Shown here in pieces: positions 20,806 through 33,200 of a stretch of DNA of 64,000 nucleotides. How positions within the stretch are numbered: position 1 is the stretch's first letter; each line of letters starts with the position of its first letter. The notes under the pieces were generated by a model. That model made no database searches. It saw only the letters and a program-made list of their open reading frames with translations, and was not told where the DNA came from. The position numbers and the translations under genes are program-made. This stretch comes from Curvularia clavata (lineage: Eukaryota): positions 4,402,001 to 4,466,000 of the forward strand of contig CP089275.1 in assembly GCA_023920165.1 (NCBI GenBank). Reading direction: 5' to 3'.

Positions 20806-23800
20806 TTACTCTGCGTCTGATTCGGCTTCAGCAGTCTGTGTTGTTGTTAGTCATCTTCCTATCTATAGGTTGTCATTAGAATCTACTTACGTTGTCGTGG
20901 AAGTTCGTTCCATGCGTTGTCTCGTTGATGTAGCCCTTCCTGATGACAAAGTCACCAAAGTGCTCGCCCTCATTCCTCTCCTTGGCGTAATGCTTAATCA
21001 GTGGCTTCATAATCTCAAGGATTTCATCTTCCTTGATCGAACTCCTGTAGAGCTTGTTCAACCGTTGGCCATGGTAACCACCTCCAAGGTACATGTTGTA
21101 TGCACCATAAGCCTTGCCGACGAATGCAACTTCGGCGAGCCAAGGACGGGCGCAACCGTTGGGACAACCCGTCATACGCATGACAATGCTATCTTGACGG
21201 AGGCCAGCCTCTTCAATTGTTCCCTCAAGCTTGCTAATAAGCTCAGGTAGGTAGCGTTCTGACTCAGCCATAGCGAGACCGCAAGTTGGGAAAGCAACAC
21301 AAGCGGAACTAGACAGCCTCAGTCCCGAGAAGTTGGTGTTGTCGAGTTTCCACTTCTTGAGGAGCTCCTTCATGGCTGGTAGGTCTTCATCTGCGACATT
21401 GGCCAGGATCAGATGTTGGTTACCAGTCAGACGGAACTCGCCCTTGTGTGCCTTGGCTACCTCCACCAGACCAGTCTTCATTGGGAAGTCAGCCGTGTCC
21501 TCGATACGGCCGTTCTCAATGAAGAAAGTGAAATGGTTAAGGCCGAGCTCATCCTTTTGCCAACCGAAGGTATCGATATTGCTCTGGAACTTGAATGGCT
21601 TAGGTTCGGCGAACTTTTGGCCCCAAAGGTCTTCGACCTTTCCGCGGAAGACATCCACGCCCATATCGTCGATGGTGTACTTGAGGCGAGCGTGCTTCCT
21701 GTTCTTGCGGTCGCCGTGGTCGCGCTGAACAAGCATGATCTTCTCGCAGACAAGGTGCACCTGGTCGGCTGCAACATAGCCGAACATGGTTCCAGTGCGT
21801 GGGTAGGTCTTCTTGTTGTTGTGTGTTACACCCATACCGCCACCAGCAAGGACGTTGAATCCTGCAAGGTTGCCATCTTCGCCCTTGATAGCAATGAGAC
21901 CAATATCGTGAGCGTAAACATCAGTGTCGTTGTGTGGAGGAATAGCAATGGTAATCTTGAACTTTCGGGGAAGGTAGAGAGGACCATAGAGCGGCTCATG
22001 ATCTTGGACAGCCTCGCCAGCAATCTTGCGCTTTTGTTTCGTTTCATCATCCTCGAGCCAGATCTCGTGATATGCTGTTGTAGAAGGGAGAAGGTGGTCG
22101 CTGATTTTCTGCGCATAGCTGTGGACTTGACCGTGGTACTTGGACTGTGTAGGAAGGGAACTGCACATGACGTTTCGGTTGACATCGCCGCAAGCAGCGA
22201 TAGTGGTCATCAAAGCCTTGTTGATGGCCTGCATGGCAGGCTTGAGCTTGCCCTTGACGACTCCGTGGAACTGGAAGGTTTGTCGAGTTGTCAGCTTCAT
22301 GGTCTCGTTACCAAGCTTGGTACTGATCTCATCCATCTGTAGCCATTGCTTGGGTGTAGAAACACCTCCGGGAAGTCTGCAACGGATCATGAAAGAATAA
22401 GCTGGCTCAAGACCCTGAGCTTTGCGCTCATCGCGGAGGTCACGGTCATCCTGCATGTAGGTACCATGGAACTTTGTAAGCTGCTGGTCGCTTGCTGAAA
22501 TGGCACCAGTGCTGGTATCAGCCAAGCCCTCCTCGATAGTACCTCGGAGGTAGTTTGAGGCAGCCTTCATGTCCTCGTTGGTAAGCGGCGCCGGTTCCTC
22601 TGGCAGATTTTCAACGTTGGCAACACCTAGTTTCTCCCAAAGCTTGGGCTCCCACTCGGCGTATGCGGTCTGGTAAGCATCCGGATCTTGGTCATCTCCA
22701 AGACCACAATCGACCAGAGGCTTGGCACCGAGAGTGAGGAGACGAGCATGAAGATCCTTGGCAGGCTTGTTATAGTAGATCTTGTCCTCTTTGCGTGGCC
22801 AGTAGTGGCTGTCACCAAGACCAAACACACCAAAGTTGACTGTCGCAAGATCCAGATCAGTAGAGTCCTTGACAGCCTCCCAGAAAGCTCGGCCGTTCTG
22901 AGGGAACTCTCCCTGACCAGCTACACTAGTCATCAAGACAATATTCTGTTCATTGGGGAGATCCTCAAGTGGGAAGTCGTCCATAGCCATAACTATGGTC
23001 TTGAGACCTCTCGCCTTGCCACGGTTTCCTAGCCTCTTGGCCAGGTTTTCGGCATTGCCGTTATCAGAAGCGAAGAGAATCGTCAGTGGGTCGCCCTGAA
23101 GGCCTTCCAGTAGCTTGCTGTATGCATCCTTGGCCTTGCGCTTCTGCAACTGTCTGACCTCGGTTCCGTAAGATCCGGAAAGATTGGACGAAAACTCGGG
23201 ATGACGCTTCATGACCTGAGACATGTAGTTGTCACGGGAGAGGAACTCCTCCAGCTCTTTCTTGATGCGCTCAGAGTCAAGCTTAAAGTTTTCTTCACCC
23301 TTCTCTTCGGCGCGGGGGTCCCAGCGGTATAGTGGCCAGTAGCCCAGGTCAACCGCCTTCTTGGTCTCTTGCAGGACGGTAAGAGGGGAATCACTTTCCT
23401 TCTCGTAGGGCAGATAGGCAAGCACAACAGAGGGACCGTTGAACTTGTCAGCCTCAATCATGGCCTCCAGAACCTGAGTGTAGGAACTGTATACCGCGAC
23501 TGATGCTACGTAAGCATTGCCGAAGTTCATAGCGTACAGCCCGATATCCTTCTTGCGCCTCGCTGCATCTGCGGCAGCGCGCTCAGAGTAGGGGGTAGAG
23601 TCAATGATAAGCATGTTGACATTCTCGCCAGATGCTAGTACGTGGTGCACACCAGAGTTTCCTAGGTCGTACGCCCAAGCATCGGACCCAATCAACCAAG
23701 GAGATTCCTTGTAGAACAACTTCTTGGAGGAAAGGAGTTGGTTGGCAATGGGTGAGCCATCGGTGGCCAAGCGAGAAATGACCTCAGGAGCCAGTTCGTT

Positions 23801-25594
23801 AGCCTTGTCAGCATCGTCGGCGCTAAGAGCCCATTTAGACAGCCATTGCTGAGGCGCCTGGGTGGTAAATGTGTTATCCTTGGAAGCGGCAGCAGCCTCG
23901 TCCACGAATCGCTTTCGGTGCTCCTTGCGTGCAACTAGCGATCCGAAGCCATACTCCGGAGTGGAAGAGACCTCGTTGGAGATGCCAGTATGCTGAGATG
24001 CCAGCTGATTAGCGATGTGGAGCTTCTCACCGAAGACCTGGTTCAAGATCTTCATGTAAGCGTTCTCCAGAGCTGGTTGCTCGACCTTGGTGGGCTGTGC
24101 CTCGGGTCCGTCAAGGTTGCCAATGACAAGGTTCTGAACAGGCGTCTCGCTCATGAGATTCTGCCAGACACCGCGCATTGCTTGTGAAACAGTCTCCTCA
24201 TTGATATAGCCTAGTTGATATCCGACAACGGTAGGGGAAGCACCTCCAGCCGATTTCAAAGACATGAGAAGGTCGAGCAGTACTGGACCCCACCTGGTAG
24301 TCTTTCTCCGAACTTGCTCAATCACAGCAATCTTCTTGAGTGAGGGAGGTAGCATAGGAGCAAGTGACGCGCCCAACCATGGGCGGTACAGCCGGGCTGT
24401 GATGATGGCTGTGTTCGCATATGCTTTGGTCTCGTCAACGCTGTCCAACTCAGTGGCAAAGACAGCAGTGTCGGCACCAAACAAGAAGATAGCAGCCTCT
24501 TCTTTGCCTGTACCGGAGAAGGCGAATGCGTCGTAGCTTCGTCCAGTCATATCCTTAATGGTGGCCCATATTTGTGTGGCGAACCGGTAGATGTCCTCTG
24601 ATGAGACTGGCTTTGATACCAAAGACTCGACAGTAGTAGCAGAGGATACTGATGCGCCGCTTGTGCTAGCCTCACGCTGTGATGACCCGGATGAAGAGTC
24701 TCCTCGCTGGCTGTTCCTCTCCGATACTGGCTGCGACTTGGCCCGGTCTGGAAGACTGGTCAGGGCTGCTGTAGGTGCAGCATTGACGGCTTGACTCCGG
24801 GCGAAAGACAGAGAAGGGTTCCTGCCATCATCGGCGTACAAGGTCGTCTCTTGCGACTTTGAGTTTTGGTAGGCCGCCACAGCGTCCATATCAATGACGC
24901 TTCGAACCAGAGCCTCATCCTCCACTTCGACTGTCTTCCTGAATGCGCTCGCGCCAGAGTCGAAGAAATGAATAACACCCTTGCCTGACTTGATAGCCAG
25001 AGCATGTGCTGTGAGGGCAAGATCTTGCAGCTCTTGTAGAGTCTCGGATTGGATAAAGGCAAAGCCGGACTGCCTGATAGAGGTGATGTCGGAGAAATCT
25101 GGGTAGCCTGAAGGAGCGACCGATACATGGATTACGACGGGGTATTGGGCGAGCTTGTAGAGGTGGGGTATCGACTTTACAAGGATAGAGGAGGTTGTGG
25201 TCACGCTGGTAAGTCTGCCCGCGCGAATGGGCTGGAAGACTGAGAGGAGCGGGTCGGCATTTTGGCGGACAGTGATGACCTGAGAGATAATGAGCGAATG
25301 GACTTGTTGGACATTGCTGTGTATCCAGACATACCTCTGGAAGTGTCTTGCACACGACGCTAGGCGCATTGTGCTTCTGGAGACCCTTCAACGTCTCCGA
25401 GAACTCGGACTCGTCTGCGAGGGAAGGAACGACTGAGACAATTACGTCGGAGGCCTGGTGGGCAATGCGGGCCACTGGGAAAGATTCGAGTCAGCACACA
25501 GAATTCCAGTGTAGCATGTTGGGGTATGGCGATGGTGGGGCGCGTGGTTGCGGGGGAACATACCGGCCTCTCCTGCAGTCGAGACAGACCCCAT
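20806..25594 (-). CDS. MET5: Sulfite reductase (NADPH) beta/hemoprotein subunit Met5/Ecm17
   Basis: ATG 25594 (MGSVSTAGEAVARIAH). PFOR-like N-terminus with IGSDAWAYD, flavodoxin ASDNGNAE, KFHGTYMQDDRD, ACGDVNRN, LPRKFK and siroheme/4Fe-4S cysteines CVAFPTCGLA...TGCPNGC. Three introns; the last exon encodes TAEAESDAE*. Confidence 0.95.
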
Positions 25595-26240
25595 GTTGAC
25601 TGCAAAGATTCAAAGTGGACAGTAACAACGAAGGAGAGTCTACGGGGGAGACGAGCAGTAGTAGTAGTCGTCGAGCTTCGGGCCGTCGGCGACAGTCCTC
25701 ATAATCAGCGGCAACGGCAGTGGAAAAATTCCCTTTAAGAGGTCATGACAAGGTGCGCCGAAAGCACGCAATATTTTAGTGCACTCCAGCGCCTGGGGCG
25801 AGGTCCGATGAGCGGCGAATCAGGTGACACTTGATTGTAGCCCGGAGCACCTCATCTGCTTAGGCCGGAATGGCAGGCTCGAGGCGAGGCCCCAGACAGC
25901 CTGACAGGTCATGTCCATGTCTATGGAGCCGTCCTGGCTGAGAGTGGAGCACTTGTGAGCTTGCAGTTGGTGATGCCTGCTTACTTCTCCGCCCGTTGAG
26001 TGGTCGCCCGGGCCCGATGGCGCTATCCCCCATGCGGACTTGCCGAGGATGGCTGCCGTTATCGATAGGCGAGCGCAGCCAACCTCCACCCGTTCGCCTT
26101 GCGGGCAGCGCAGACACATTGCCATCATGTGGTCTGAAACAGTACGCCCTGTACGACCAATCGTCGACACGTCTCTTCTCCTTTTGCATCCGTAATCGCA
26201 TTCACCCGCGTCTGATGTCGACATTAGCGCGCCTCTCGCA

Positions 26241-27183
26241 ATGAACTCTGCCTCCGGATTCCCAGACCCCCTCGTCTCTGATACCCCGCTGCCTTTCCAC
26301 CAGCTGTGCACACGCATCAATGACCGCATAACCGCCTTCCTTGACGCAAAAAATGTACCTGACCGCGTCAAAAACGTCCAAAATCAGACACAGACGTCGC
26401 TGCAAGTAATCGCAGAGGCCCTGGAGCGCTATACGTGAGTGTCGACAATGTGGGGTATAGGCACCAACTGCGTGACTGACGGCCATCAAGTCTCCCAGAG
26501 CTCTCCCTATCATACAATGGTGGCAAGGACTGTCTTGTTCTACTCATACTATACTTGTGTGCTATACACCGCAAGGGCCTGAGCCAAACCTCAGACCCCA
26601 CTTCCAATATAGAAACCGCCGTGCAATGCGTCTACATTCAAGATGCACATCCCTTTCCCGAGGTTGAGCAGTTTGTTGCGCACAGCAGCAAGATATACTC
26701 GCTGTCTCTGCTGGAGTATGCAAAACCCATGAAAGCTGCCTTCGCAGACTACCTGCGAGACGCACCCTCCGTAAAGGCAATCTTGGTCGGCACCCGTCGG
26801 ACAGATCCCCATGGCGAGCACTTGACCCATTTTGACCCCACCGACTCGGGTTGGCCGGCATTCGTACGGATACATCCTGTGATAGACTGGCATTATGTCG
26901 AGATTTGGACAGTACGTAGTTATCCATCTCCACCAGCGTTGTGGTTACTAACACTGCCCAGTTCATACGATACCTCAACATCCCATACTGTTCTCTTTAC
27001 GATCTTGGATACACTTCGTTAGGCGGAACCACCGATACACATCCGAATCCGAAGCTAGAGCAACAGCCATCGTCGCAAGACGCATCACAAGCTGAGAGTG
27101 AAAATGGAACATCAAAGCCTAAATTTAGACCAGCCTATGAGCTGATAGACGACTATGAAGAACGACTTGGAAGGGATAGATAG
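26241..27183 (+). CDS. FAD1: FAD synthetase (FMN adenylyltransferase), PAPS-reductase superfamily
   Basis: Spliced LSLSYNGGKDCLVLL, ILVGTRRTDPH, FDPTDSGWPAFVRIHPVIDW, YCSLYDLGYTSLGG, HPNP and ERLGR. Two introns. It lacks the C-terminal ECGLH motif of PAPS reductase. Confidence 0.92.
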
Positions 27184-27817
27184 AGATAAAATGCTCAAGA
27201 GACTTGCATCTGCTTGGAATCGTGCACCAAGTACGATGACTGTGCAACTTTTCAGTCCGCTTTACACTTTAGATGTGACCAGTATTCCACATTCACAGTT
27301 CTGTGATATTCCGAAAAGGATGTAATTACACTGGCCAGTAGCACTCCACGGAGTCATTCACTAGCTAAACCAAACATTCGCAGGGTTTTTCGAACGCCAG
27401 CCGATAACTGTTTGACCGTCAGTCTTCGTCATTGCCAACTCTGTCATCACATGGTCGTTGGGTTGGCCCGTCCTGTTAGTTTGTACTTGGGCCACATACT
27501 ACGAGTGCTAGCAAACAACATTTTCAAAGATGATTGGCGTTTTGTTTCTCTGCCCCGGCGATCGCCAATGCATAGGACGTGTACAAGCACACAATCGCAA
27601 GATATCCACCGTTTCTTTCCCAACCAAGTAGCGCTGAACAGCAGACACAGGTGCCGTAGTTTCTGGTTCTGTTAATGTGAGCACGCCGCGCAATGCCGTC
27701 ACCAGACATAGTATAAGTTGCCATATCCCTTTCTGAAGCGGAATGAAATCGTGACCATTCCCCATCTCTCTAGCGTGGAATAGTTCTCGTACCACAGTCT
27801 TGGTCATCCCTTTCCAG

Positions 27818-28554
27818 ATGCATTTCCATATTCCTATCCTGCTAGCATTTGGCGGGTATGCAGCCGCCTTATGCATAGAACATCCCGACATGATTTCCGG
27901 CCCCGGCCTTCCCAGCCTAACATCACTGAACCTAACCACAGCTGATATCGACAAGCTGTCTGTGACTGAAATATCCACGGGTAAGACTTGAACGGCGAAA
28001 AACTCACGTTTGAGGTAGCCTTTCAGCTAACATGCTAGTAGGCCAAGTGCGCACGTCTAATCCTCAATGTGGACCAGTAGATGACGCATACACAAATGTC
28101 ACGAGCCTTATTCACTGTTTCCACTACCTGCTCAAACTGGGTACCACACGCTGCGAGTTCAAGAGGAATGAAGTGTCTATGCTGTGTCGATATGGAGGCA
28201 TCGGCATTGTGATTGGAATGGGGATTAGTGGTGAAGTTGAGAGTGGTCATTGGTAAGTCCGGTCAAGTTCGTCGAAAATCTTAACATAGTGTTTTCCCAA
28301 AACCACACAGATTTTTATTATTATGAGGGGTAGCTGACATATCTAATCCCCATAGTTCGGATGTTGCGTTAGGGTTGCTTACCGTTATTGATGGGTGTAC
28401 GAGACCCGACATGAGTGTTGCTGGATTCGCGAGGGCAAACGGAAATGGAAACATTGTTGTTGGTGGGACAAATATTGAGTATGCTACCCATGCAACGGGT
28501 ACGGCAAATTTTGGTCGATTGGTCATGGATTCGTTGGGAGAAGAGGCATACTAG
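27818..28554 (+). CDS. Small secreted cysteine-rich protein (191 aa), candidate effector
   Basis: Exons 27818-27980, 28039-28252 and 28356-28554 sum to 576 nt with GT-AG introns. Signal peptide MHFHIPILLAFGGYAAA, a GPGLPSLTSLNLT pro-region and a six-Cys core ending CSDVALGLLTVIDGCTRPDMSVAGFARANGNGNIVV. Confidence 0.8.
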
Positions 28555-29616
28555 AATCCATTCAAATGGAAAATCTTCCTAGTTTTCATATTTCTTGGTC
28601 CAGAATGTTTCTCGGTGGATATCATACGCATAAGCAACCTTTCGAATGCGAGGCAATGCAGCGGGATAAAGCACCATTCATGCAGGGCAGGTGATTTGTT
28701 ACCAAACGCTACTGGGGACTGTGAACCAGTAGCTTATAGCGTCGTTGCCAAACACGATCGCTAAAGGGATACTACTTCAGAACTGCCATCCAAAAATCTT
28801 GGTAGCGACAAATCTCACCACAATTGAAGCAGTGAAAAGAGGAAAAAGAATAGATTGCTAACACGCTACCAACTGGCCAGATGTTGAAGCTCAGGGGCCA
28901 CACGCCACGCTATCATGGACGGAGAAAGCCCCGATGAGCGTTCTAGAGAGATGGAGTTGCCGCCGAGATTGCTCTGTCCAAACACGAAACCTGGGCTGTG
29001 AACTCAGCGTTGGGCTTATTCCAAATAAGCATTACGCTAAACAAGTGCCAGTGCTGGTCTGCCAGTTGGGTTCCGGGCACTAACTTTCGGTGGTCTGGTA
29101 TCCATTCCCCCTTCCACTCCAACAAGAGTAGATTTACGCCATGAATAGCGCATAGTTGCTAGTATGGGTTTGCCTTTCTAGGGTATCAAAGAAGATGCTT
29201 TTGGATACGGATCCAGGGGAGCGGTGCGCCAACTTGGCAGTGGAGCTAAGCTTCACCAGCAACAAATTACTACTTACGTGGCGGACTAACAGGCGTACCA
29301 GGAAACCCTCAACACTAAATTCGCCTCAATAGTGCGTTGGATGTATTAAGTGCATACGTTGTTAGCGCACGAAATGTTTCCAATTCATGACCAGAGATCT
29401 CGTTAGTACTGAACAGCTTTGTTTAGCACTGAGGTCAGCGTCAGATTCACCAAAGACACCATGTAATAGGAAGGATTGTATCTACAATTTACTCGTGCTG
29501 GTAATAGACGAGAGGAATATTATTACATCTAATAATGTTGGTGTCTAATCCGCATACTGACATAATTACAAAGTGTAACGAAAAAGTAGCCTATTCTACA
29601 AAGGGTAGAGTCAAAG

Positions 29617-31471
29617 TCAAGCACCCTGCTTATGGTCGTAATAGTGGTAAACAGTTGGTGACTGGCCCTCACCGCCGTAGGCGTTTCCACCAAAATTCAA
29701 ATATCCCTGAGCACCATTATATGGAATCGACGCGATATCGTTGTAGTCGCCGAAAATCCAAGCACTCGACATTCCCATGGTCATGTGTGCCAGGATATGG
29801 CAATGCAGCAGCCACACTCCTGCAGCCTCGACGCGGATTCTCCAGGCTCGCCATGATGCTACCTCTCCAGCAACACCTTTTGGAGCGTAGCGGTACAAAA
29901 GAGTCGTGTCGCGTTGCACAGGGGTGTAGTTTGCTAGTCTCTGTTCGTTCTCAGTAGCATTGTATTTGCCTTTTCCGCTTCCACAGTCGTAAAAGTGCTT
30001 TCCGTGCAAATGGAAAGGATGGTAATCCAATCCGCTGTTGTTATTGACTAGACTTCCTGTATTTTCAATAATGATCTCTAGGACTTCTCCGAGCTTGGCA
30101 GGCCATGTCAAAGTGTATGGGTCCCAGTCGTTGTTTGCAAGGGCCGCAGCGTAGTTCGGCATAGCGGAGGGTCCGTTTTTGTAGATGTCGACCAGGTAAG
30201 GGGGGCTGTTCTCAGGAGCCAGTTCCGTCCAATTAAGGCCGTCCATTTGCCAAACAACTGATCCTTTCTGAATCTGCTCATTGGTGATGTGGATGCGGCG
30301 GGTCACCTCGGATGCCTTCGGGAAGTTGTTGGGCGTCAGGGGCTCTAACGCATATTCAAGAAAGTCGTACGTGGCATTGGTAAGGGTTAGAGGGTTCGTC
30401 GTTGGTATCGTAGTAATGTGGTTTCCATTAGTGCCAGGATAGCGAAGGATACCAAAGCCAGTGTAGACAGCAGGTCGGTCTTTCGTCTCATACTGGATAT
30501 AGTAGTCGGTTGTATTGGATGCCGCAAGTTCCGCCACTGTCTTTGTACGAATTAGTGCATCAAAGCGCTGTCCAGATGCCACTTGAATATAATCAGTTGG
30601 ATGTGGTTTCGTGTAATGACCATCTGCGGCGATGATTTCCAGGGAGTGGTCCTCGATAGCAAGTGAAACCAGTGATATGGCCAACGCGCCGACGAACCTC
30701 AAGCGGTAGACCTTTCCCGGCTCTACATCAATGACTGGGAGCTGGCAGTCGCCCTGTCCAGCTGTTGCATTCTTTGCCACGCCAACACCGTTGATTAACA
30801 CTGCGTCTACTTCACCAGTCCAGACGAAGGGGATTGCGGTAAGGCCGTGTTCGAGTATATCATCCGTTTTCCTGTAGTAATCCTGAAGGAAGACATACCG
30901 CTCTTCATCGTACGCGATTGGGGGCAATCCAAAGTCCTCAATGACAAGCGGTCCGGTAGCAGAGATAGCTTGGAAGCCGATATGTGAATGGTAGAAATAG
31001 GACCCGGCATCGCTCATCTCGGGGTGTATTTCATAATCGAAACACCTGTGAGGTGCAATTGGCCACTGACTGACTGGGCTGCCATCACTGAACGGTGCTG
31101 TACGTTGAGTGAGACCATGCCAATGCTGGTTCTGCGTTAGACGTAGTTTTGAAAAAATTTGAAAAAATTCATACCATGGTCGTGTTATACTCATCCATGT
31201 CGTTGCAGACCCGCACCCAACTCGTCTTTCCACCAGGAAGTCGCAGTTCCGGTCCGGGGGATGTGCCATTCACCAACACAGACATGCGCTGCTCGCATGC
31301 TACATTTTGGAGTCCGTATGTGATTGAAAGATAGAAATCTGGGTGAAAGTTGTCACCATGGTTAACCACGCAGGTATCATTAGCGCCTCTGTGGCCCTTA
31401 TGTGACTCTTGGTTGCCCACGACCGAATATGCTGTGGCTAGCAGTAAACCAAAAGTTAGTTTAGAAAACAT
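29617..31471 (-). CDS. Secreted multicopper oxidase, fungal ascorbate-oxidase-like (AA1)
   Basis: Signal peptide MFSKLTFGLLLATAYSVVG and intron 31174-31126. Copper motifs HWHG, FYHSH, HPFHLHG and HCHILAHMTMGM (axial Met). APFSDGSPVSQWPI is typical of fungal ascorbate-oxidase-like MCOs. Confidence 0.92.
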
Positions 31472-32177
31472 CTCTAATGAATGAATGGGTCGAAACACGA
31501 GAAGATGCTCACAGTTGGCAGTGAACAGAGATGCCGACTATTATAAGAACAGTCATGTTTAACTTTAGACATCTCGACACCCGATAGTTCCGTGGATTGA
31601 CTAATTTACTTCGATGGTGTTTCGACAATGCCAAAGCTAGGGGTATGCATGCGTAGGCCTGCCGCGGGTGCGCGGACGCCACCCCAGACCCACCGAGATT
31701 GTGCCGATCATACTATACCGTCCTCTTGCCCTATAGTACGTCTCCCACCACTGCAAGGGCCTCATAACTTCACGTGTTTTACAAAAGTGTTTGCTTCTCT
31801 AAAATCTGGGCAATCTAGCAGAATATTTGTCTCACAGCATATCGTTCACGTACAGCAACGATATCAAACTTTCGTCCAACTGATATACTGTCCAACTAAG
31901 GTTCACATTCGGACCGAAGTCAAGTGCTGACTTCCCTGTGGCTATGCTCCCGCAAGGTCCGGTAATTTGCAGACCCAAAGATATGGTGGAAAATGGCCGC
32001 TTCCTTGGACTACCGAAACAATCACGCCAATGTCACTGGCTCTGGGCATTGATCAAAACATTTCTCCCCGAACTCAACCCTCGTCCTCACTCTTTCCGCC
32101 TCGACTACCATAACATTCACTCTGAGTAACCCTGTCATCCACACTCGTTTACACCGAAGCGCAACCTTGTCGACAAA

Positions 32178-32694
32178 ATGATCTACCAAGTCATCCTACC
32201 ATTCTTTACTCTGCAGATGTTGGCATCTGCAATGCCCCAACAGCACCCCAGGGCCAGCGGCGTTGAGATCACGAGCCTAGCGAAAAACGGCACATCTACA
32301 GATGGCTCGGGGAATGTCGCGGCGGCGGGTAACCTTACACCGTTTGGCGACATTGGCATTGGCTGTGGCATCAACTGGAAGGCGGACACTTCGTATGGAG
32401 GTGGGCTAGTCTCCACCTTATGCAATCTACCAAAACTAACATCTCGTGTTAGGCGGTCTCCAAGCCGGCTCTAGCGACTTTGGTTTGGGCAGTGGCTTTA
32501 CGATGACTCCGAACAACATCGAGATAGGTGCAGGCATCGGAATGAACACCGCCAACGCCAGCGCCAGTATCAACTTCAAGGGTGCGAGGAACGGTAGCGT
32601 CGAACTCGTTTTCGAGAGCACAACCCCCATTATTTGCACGCCAGGAACTAAGGACGGAAAGTCAGTCTTGACTTGCAAGACGATCAATGCTTAA
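32178..32694 (+). CDS. Small secreted Gly-rich protein (154 aa), unknown function
   Basis: Exons 32178-32400 and 32453-32694 (465 nt), with intron GTGGGC...ACTAAC...TAG. Signal peptide MIYQVILPFFTLQMLASA. Confidence 0.78.
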
Positions 32695-33178
32695 TCTGCT
32701 ACAAGGGGAAGCGGGATTTTTTTATTGGTGAACGCAGTCTTACGGAGCAACGGCAGTTGGGGCAACTGAACAGAACCGAGCAACCACCGCTCCCTGCGAA
32801 CCTACGTCATTACGGGCCTTCTGCGATTAATATTGGGTTATTTTTCATCTTGATATGTCTGAATGTTTGATAATCTTCTCTTCTACGGCTGAATATTACT
32901 CTTATCCCCGTTCTCAATCGCTACTTTTCCTCATGACAAGAGCTACGAGACGACACTACGACGTCCGCATTTAGTTCCGTCACAAGGTGGAGATCACATT
33001 TAGTCAAAAATTAAGCTTTCGATACGGGGGTCTTGCAAATAGGCTAGGTAAGCTTCTTTAATAGCATCGAAGAATGGAGGCGGCCAAATAGTGAAAACTA
33101 GGATCCTACTCCATATGTTCGGCGAATTCTAATAAACAGGGTACAGCTAACCTGGACTACAAACTAGTAGTGCCTGCG

Positions 33179-33200
33179 TCGGCGTCGGCACCGACGCCGA
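33179..33200. repeat. Perfect 10-bp inverted repeat with 2-nt spacer
   Basis: TCGGCGTCGG-CA-CCGACGCCGA in intergenic DNA. Confidence 0.8.

Noticed and set aside
26241..27183. Calling the gene beside MET5 a PAPS reductase (MET16), which would make a sulfate-assimilation cluster
   Set aside because: The motifs YNGGKDC, RRTDP, TDxxWP and ERxGR, and the absence of ECGLH, indicate FAD synthetase.
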